From Frankiaceae bacterium (GTDB lineage: Bacteria; Actinomycetota; Actinomycetes; Mycobacteriales; SCTD01): a stretch of 46,217 bases of DNA. The stretch is taken from contig JANPHZ010000158.1 of the NCBI GenBank assembly GCA_031424715.1, positions 1 to 46,217 on the forward strand, in the 5' to 3' direction. The notes under the pieces are model-generated. The model searched no databases. It was given only the letters and a program-made list of their open reading frames with translations, and was not told the DNA's origin. A program made the translations under genes and the position numbers. This document shows, one piece after another, positions 40,939 to 46,217 of this stretch; position 1 is the stretch's first letter, and each line of letters begins with the position of its first letter.

Positions 40939-41445
40939 ATGCGCCGAATCATGGCCAAGGTAGTTCTCGTAGCGGGCATTCTTGCGGGGGTGATCGGCGT
41001 CTCCACCCCAGCCAGTGCTGCCCTCCTGTGCCCGCCCGGCTGCTTCGTCGCTGGCACAACGCTGGGTGCCGGGGGATTCCCTGATCCGACCAGCTTCAGC
41101 TATGACGGCACCTTCGCGGTCACAGCGATCACCAACCACAACGACGCCACGTTCGATTTCACTCGTCAGTACTACATCCGCATCCTCGGAGACGTCACCT
41201 TGTCAGGGGAGAACGTCACGGGCAGGGCCAATTATGCGGTGTCAACGGACCCCTTCCCGGTGGCAGGCAGCCTGGCCATGCGGAATCCGAACCACTGGTT
41301 CACGGGCACGGTGGCTATTTCCGGGAAGCGCTATGCCATCTACATGCCGGGTACGTACATGTCCATGACGCTGGAGTCGACTCCACTCACCACGTGCTCG
41401 ACGTGCACTGCCCGATACGTCGGCAGCTTCTTCTACAACCACTGA
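40939..41445 (+). CDS. Small secreted protein, no recognised family (four Cys: CPPGC ... CSTC)
   Basis: Met36 of track ORF 40834..41445. Signal peptide MRRIMAKVVLVAGILAGVIGVSTPASA. 168 aa, with codon usage visibly less GC-biased than its neighbours. Confidence 0.55.
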   Translation: MRRIMAKVVLVAGILAGVIGVSTPASAALLCPPGCFVAGTTLGAGGFPDPTSFSYDGTFAVTAITNHNDATFDFTRQYYIRILGDVTLSGENVTGRANYAVSTDPFPVAGSLAMRNPNHWFTGTVAISGKRYAIYMPGTYMSMTLESTPLTTCSTCTARYVGSFFYNH

Positions 41446-41447
41446 CG

Positions 41448-44108
41448 CTATGCCGATGGTGCTTGTGCGTGTCGCTTGAGCAACTCTGCTAGCACGGCTT
41501 GGCGTTGCTCGAGCTCGATGGGATTGCCCAACCGCTCCGCGAGGGCAATGCTCCGTCGAGCTCGAGCAATGCTCGCAGGCAGGTCGCTGTCGTCCAGCGA
41601 CCAGAGATAGAGCACCGTGCCCTGCTGGGCCAGGCTGCCGACCTCCTCAGCCGTTTGCAGCGCGGAGGAAAATCGATCCCCGGCCTCTTGAACGTCGTTC
41701 TCACGCAGAGCCATCATTCCCAGGTTGGCGTCGGCGTGAGCGCGGGTTTCAAGGTTTCCGAGCCGGTCGGCCAGATCCCTAGCTGTCTGCATGACCTTCC
41801 TGGCTGAGTGAGCATCGAAGTACGACTCCACGCCGGCGAGGTCGAGGGTGATCTGCAGGATCAGGTGGTCGTCACCGGTTGGCAGCGCTTTCTGACGGCT
41901 CTCAGACATGGCCTGCCTAGCCCGGTCCAGCCACAGCTGGGTGTCCTCCGTGATGGCCTGGTCGCGTGTCATGGCGGCGCTGGCACGCTTGAAAGCTGCG
42001 TCACCCGTATTGAGGAGGGCGATGGCCGCTAGTCGGGGCTGGCCAGCTTCCTCCGCCAGTGACTTCGCCCGCGCGTAGGCCAGACCAGCGGCGTCCAATT
42101 CGCCAGCCGTGCGGGCAGCAAGGCCCTGCAGGATGGCCACATGGGCCTGGACCGCGAGGTCGGCCGGCAATGCAGCGGCCCGAGCCAGGTGAGTCTCCGC
42201 CTCGCTGAGTTCTCCCTGGGCGACGGCCAGCTCAGCTGCTCCCGCCAGCGCTCGAGCGAGGATCGTCGGGTCGACCGATGGCTCGGCTCGGCTCAGTGCT
42301 TCTGCAAGTGACTGCCGCCCTGCGGTCCATCTGCTGTGGCGCACCCACCAACGCACCAGCGCTCCCGCCATCTCGAGGGCCTTCGCCGGCGGAAGTCGGC
42401 GTACGGCGAGCTCAAGGTCGGTCGTTTCGGCGTCCAATCGATCGAGCCAGCGGGCCTGCTCGGCCGACACCAGGTGCGGACTGGCGGTTGCGGCGAGATC
42501 CGCGAAGTGGTGCCCGTGTCTGCTTTCCAGTGCCGCACGCACATCGCTGGTGAGCTGTTCGCCCAGGAAGGCGCGGATGGGGACGAGCACCCCGAACCGG
42601 TCGCCGCGGCGCACGATGAAGGAGCAGTCGGCCAGCTGCTCCAGAACGCGGTCCACCGGCGCGCCATGCACCGCGCCGATCGCTGCGGCCTCAGCGTTGC
42701 CGCCGAAGACCGCAACCGAGCGCAGAACCGTGCGCTCCTCGTCATCACATAGACGCCAGCTCCACGCCACGGTCGCCCGCATCGTCCGGTGGCGTGCCGG
42801 CAGGTCGCGATCGCCCTCGCTCAGCAGGTCGAGCGCATCGGTCAGCTCGACCAGCAGTTGATCCACGTCGTGCGTGCGCACCCGGGCCGCGGCCAACTCG
42901 AGGGCGAGCGGGATCCCACCCAACTCTGCACTCAGCTTCTCCACCTGGACCAGATCACTGGCGAAGTGAGCATCGGCTGCCAGTGCCCGGGCGGTGAACA
43001 GTGCGACGGCGTCGGCAGTATCCAGCCCGTCGAGCACGATCTCGTGCTCGCCGCGCAGCCTCAACCGTTCACGGCTGGTCGCCAGCACGGTGAGCTCAGG
43101 GCAGGCGGCGAGCAGGTCCGAGACGACGGTGATGCCGTCGTCAGAGAGCAGTTGCTCCAGGTTGTCGAGAACGAGCAGCGACGGACCGTTGCCCAGCTGT
43201 TCGACCAGCTGCTGCTGAGGTGTGGCGCCGGTGCGCTCGAGCAAACCGATGGCCGACATCATCGCTCCCGGAATGGCAGCGGACTCGGTCAGGCCAGCCA
43301 GGTCGACGAACCACACCCCCTCGCGGAACCACCCCAGCACCGACCAGCCGACCTCCAGGGCGAGTCGCGTCTTTCCCAGGCCGCCGGCGCCCGTGAGCGT
43401 GACCAGTCGGGCGTCGCCGACGACAGTGCGCTGCACCGCCTCGAGTTCCCCTGATCGGCCCACGATCGCGCTGGTGGGGCGTGGGAGGTTGTGGGACCGG
43501 GCGGTGCTGGTCCGTGGAGGGGGAAACGTGTTTTCTAGACCCGGCCCGGTGAGCTGGAGCAGCCGGCGCGCTGTGGGGAAGTCCTTGAGGCGATGGCTGC
43601 CGAGGTCGTGGACGCCGAGCTCGTCGTCAGACTGCAGCCCGGCGGCGTCAAGGGTGCTGCCCGTCAGCAACACCTGCCCACCGTGCGCGGCCCCTGCAAC
43701 CCGCGCGGCCTGATGCACGTCCAGTCCGACGTAGTCCTTGCCCTCCACGATGACTGCCGACCCGGTGTGCATGCCGATCCGCACCCGCACCGGTCGTCCG
43801 TGCGGCCAGTCGGTCTCGGCGAGCACTCGCTGAGCGTCGGCACCAGCACGCATCGCAGCTGCCGCGTCAGCGAACGCTACGAAGAAAGCGTCACCTTCGG
43901 TGCCCAGTTCGATACCGCCATGCGTGGCCCATACGCGACGCAGCGCTGCATGGTGCTGAGCCAGAACGGCGAGGTAATCGTCCCCGAGCTCGTGGAACAG
44001 CGCGGTCGACCCTTCGATGTCGGTGAAGACGAACGTGACGATGCCGTCAGGGAGCACGGCGGAAACGTAGCGGTCCGCAGGTGAGATGTGTACCGATAAG
44101 CCCCGCAC
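41448..44108 (-). CDS. Class III adenylate/guanylate cyclase domain fused to a P-loop NTPase (NB-ARC/STAND-like) and TPR repeats
   Basis: 886 aa. Cyclase block VTFVFTDIEGSTALFHELGD ... GTEGDAFFVAF ... RVRIGMHTG, Walker A LTGAGGLGKTRLALEV, Walker B LLVLDNLEQL, and a long Ala/Leu-rich TPR-like C-terminus. No C-terminal HTH is evident. Confidence 0.85.
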   Translation of the reverse strand: MRGLSVHISPADRYVSAVLPDGIVTFVFTDIEGSTALFHELGDDYLAVLAQHHAALRRVWATHGGIELGTEGDAFFVAFADAAAAMRAGADAQRVLAETDWPHGRPVRVRIGMHTGSAVIVEGKDYVGLDVHQAARVAGAAHGGQVLLTGSTLDAAGLQSDDELGVHDLGSHRLKDFPTARRLLQLTGPGLENTFPPPRTSTARSHNLPRPTSAIVGRSGELEAVQRTVVGDARLVTLTGAGGLGKTRLALEVGWSVLGWFREGVWFVDLAGLTESAAIPGAMMSAIGLLERTGATPQQQLVEQLGNGPSLLVLDNLEQLLSDDGITVVSDLLAACPELTVLATSRERLRLRGEHEIVLDGLDTADAVALFTARALAADAHFASDLVQVEKLSAELGGIPLALELAAARVRTHDVDQLLVELTDALDLLSEGDRDLPARHRTMRATVAWSWRLCDDEERTVLRSVAVFGGNAEAAAIGAVHGAPVDRVLEQLADCSFIVRRGDRFGVLVPIRAFLGEQLTSDVRAALESRHGHHFADLAATASPHLVSAEQARWLDRLDAETTDLELAVRRLPPAKALEMAGALVRWWVRHSRWTAGRQSLAEALSRAEPSVDPTILARALAGAAELAVAQGELSEAETHLARAAALPADLAVQAHVAILQGLAARTAGELDAAGLAYARAKSLAEEAGQPRLAAIALLNTGDAAFKRASAAMTRDQAITEDTQLWLDRARQAMSESRQKALPTGDDHLILQITLDLAGVESYFDAHSARKVMQTARDLADRLGNLETRAHADANLGMMALRENDVQEAGDRFSSALQTAEEVGSLAQQGTVLYLWSLDDSDLPASIARARRSIALAERLGNPIELEQRQAVLAELLKRHAQAPSA

Positions 44109-44119
44109 CCAAGGGTCGG

Positions 44120-45582
<1,463 letters not shown>

Positions 45583-45586
<4 letters not shown>

Positions 45587-46217
45587 GGCTGGCGCTCCTG
45601 GTCGGCTGCGCGCAGCTGGGCCAGCAGCACGGGGTCCACCCCGTCAGCCGTCAGCCGCTCCTCGAAGTTGGCCGCCCCCGCCCAGTCGGCCAGGTCGGAG
45701 TAGCCAAGGCGGGTGATCCGCTGCAGCACCTCGGTGCGTAGCTCCTCGGTCAGCGGGAGCACGGCGGCCGGGTCGGGGCGGCCGAAGTAGAGCTCGTGCA
45801 GGTCCACGAGCCGGCGCAGCTCGGGCACGGGATCGTGGTGGTCGTCGACCCGCAGGTCGACGAGGACATCGCTCCCGCCGCCGTAGCCGCCCGCCTCGCT
45901 GACGACCAGGACCGCCGCGCTCTGCCGGCCGCGGCTGTCGCCTCCGGCCCGGTCAGCGGCGAGCAGGGCCGTCGTCAGCCGCAGCGCGAGCGGTCCCGCC
46001 GTGCCCTCGAAGGTCTCCGCGAGCGCGTCGACGACTTGCGGTCCGGTGAGGATGTTGCCCTGGGCGGCGTAGCCCTCACCCGTGCGCCCGCCGGCCCACG
46101 CCGAGCAGGCCGATCCGGTGAAGGTCGCGGCTTCACCGTCGCGGTCGATGACCCCGAGCTGGCGCTGGCCGCGCTGGTCATCGGCGGCCGTGAGCTCGTC
46201 GACGACCTCCTGCGCCG
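45583..46217 (-). CDS. DUF1028 (Ntn-hydrolase-like) family protein, C-terminal part; the 5' end lies outside the window
   Basis: My own translation of the minus strand, open from the right edge: AQEVVDELTAADDQRGQRQLGVIDRDGEAATFTGSACSAWAGGRTGEGYAAQGNILTGPQVVDALAETFEG ... DLRVDDHHDPVPELRRLVDLHELYFG ... The track shows only the last 81 codons (45583..45828). Confidence 0.65.

Overview
The window is high-GC, densely coding chromosomal DNA of Actinomycetota type. The taxon call rests on a SepH/DUF3071 septation protein, a PimB-like GT4 and a FadD15-like ligase, and on frequent GTG starts and GTGA/ATGA stop-start overlaps. I found no rRNA, tRNA, CRISPR array, transposase or integrase. The backbone is housekeeping genes: DEDD/GIY-YIG exonuclease, SepH, M48 protease, GT4 mannosyltransferase-like, acyl-CoA ligase, SRPBCC, ArsA-like ATPase, ROK glucokinase, PlsC-like acyltransferase, glycerol kinase. 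As I recall, their order resembles the mycobacterial Rv2182c-Rv2191 region. Four accessory-looking blocks sit in this backbone. (1) 2.0-9.4 kb holds two paralogous secreted DUF4331 proteins, a class F sortase, a His-rich RcnA/NicO-like transporter and a TPR protein, and looks like an uncharacterised cell-surface metal-handling module. (2) 18.4-28.8 kb is a compact type IV pilus-like locus with PilB, PilC, three prepilin-like proteins, a 498-aa PilX-like protein, a major pilin and PilT. It also has an unannotated 46-codon membrane ORF translationally coupled to pilB and an adjacent GAF-kinase/NarL-type two-component pair. No prepilin peptidase or PilMNO is present in the window. (3) 35.6-37.0 kb is a DUF559/AbiEi-like gene bracketed by two copies of a 68-bp palindromic element, each flanked on its outer side by C-rich or G-rich simple repeats, including a (GGGGC)x10 tract. 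(4) 40.8-44.1 kb is a visibly less GC-rich patch with an orphan secreted Cys-containing protein and a cyclase-NTPase-TPR (STAND-type) protein. CDS coordinates come from the supplied ORF track. Internal starts were recomputed from residue positions, and many long track ORFs are shadow frames or over-extended N-termini. All family calls come from motif recognition by eye, not from searches.
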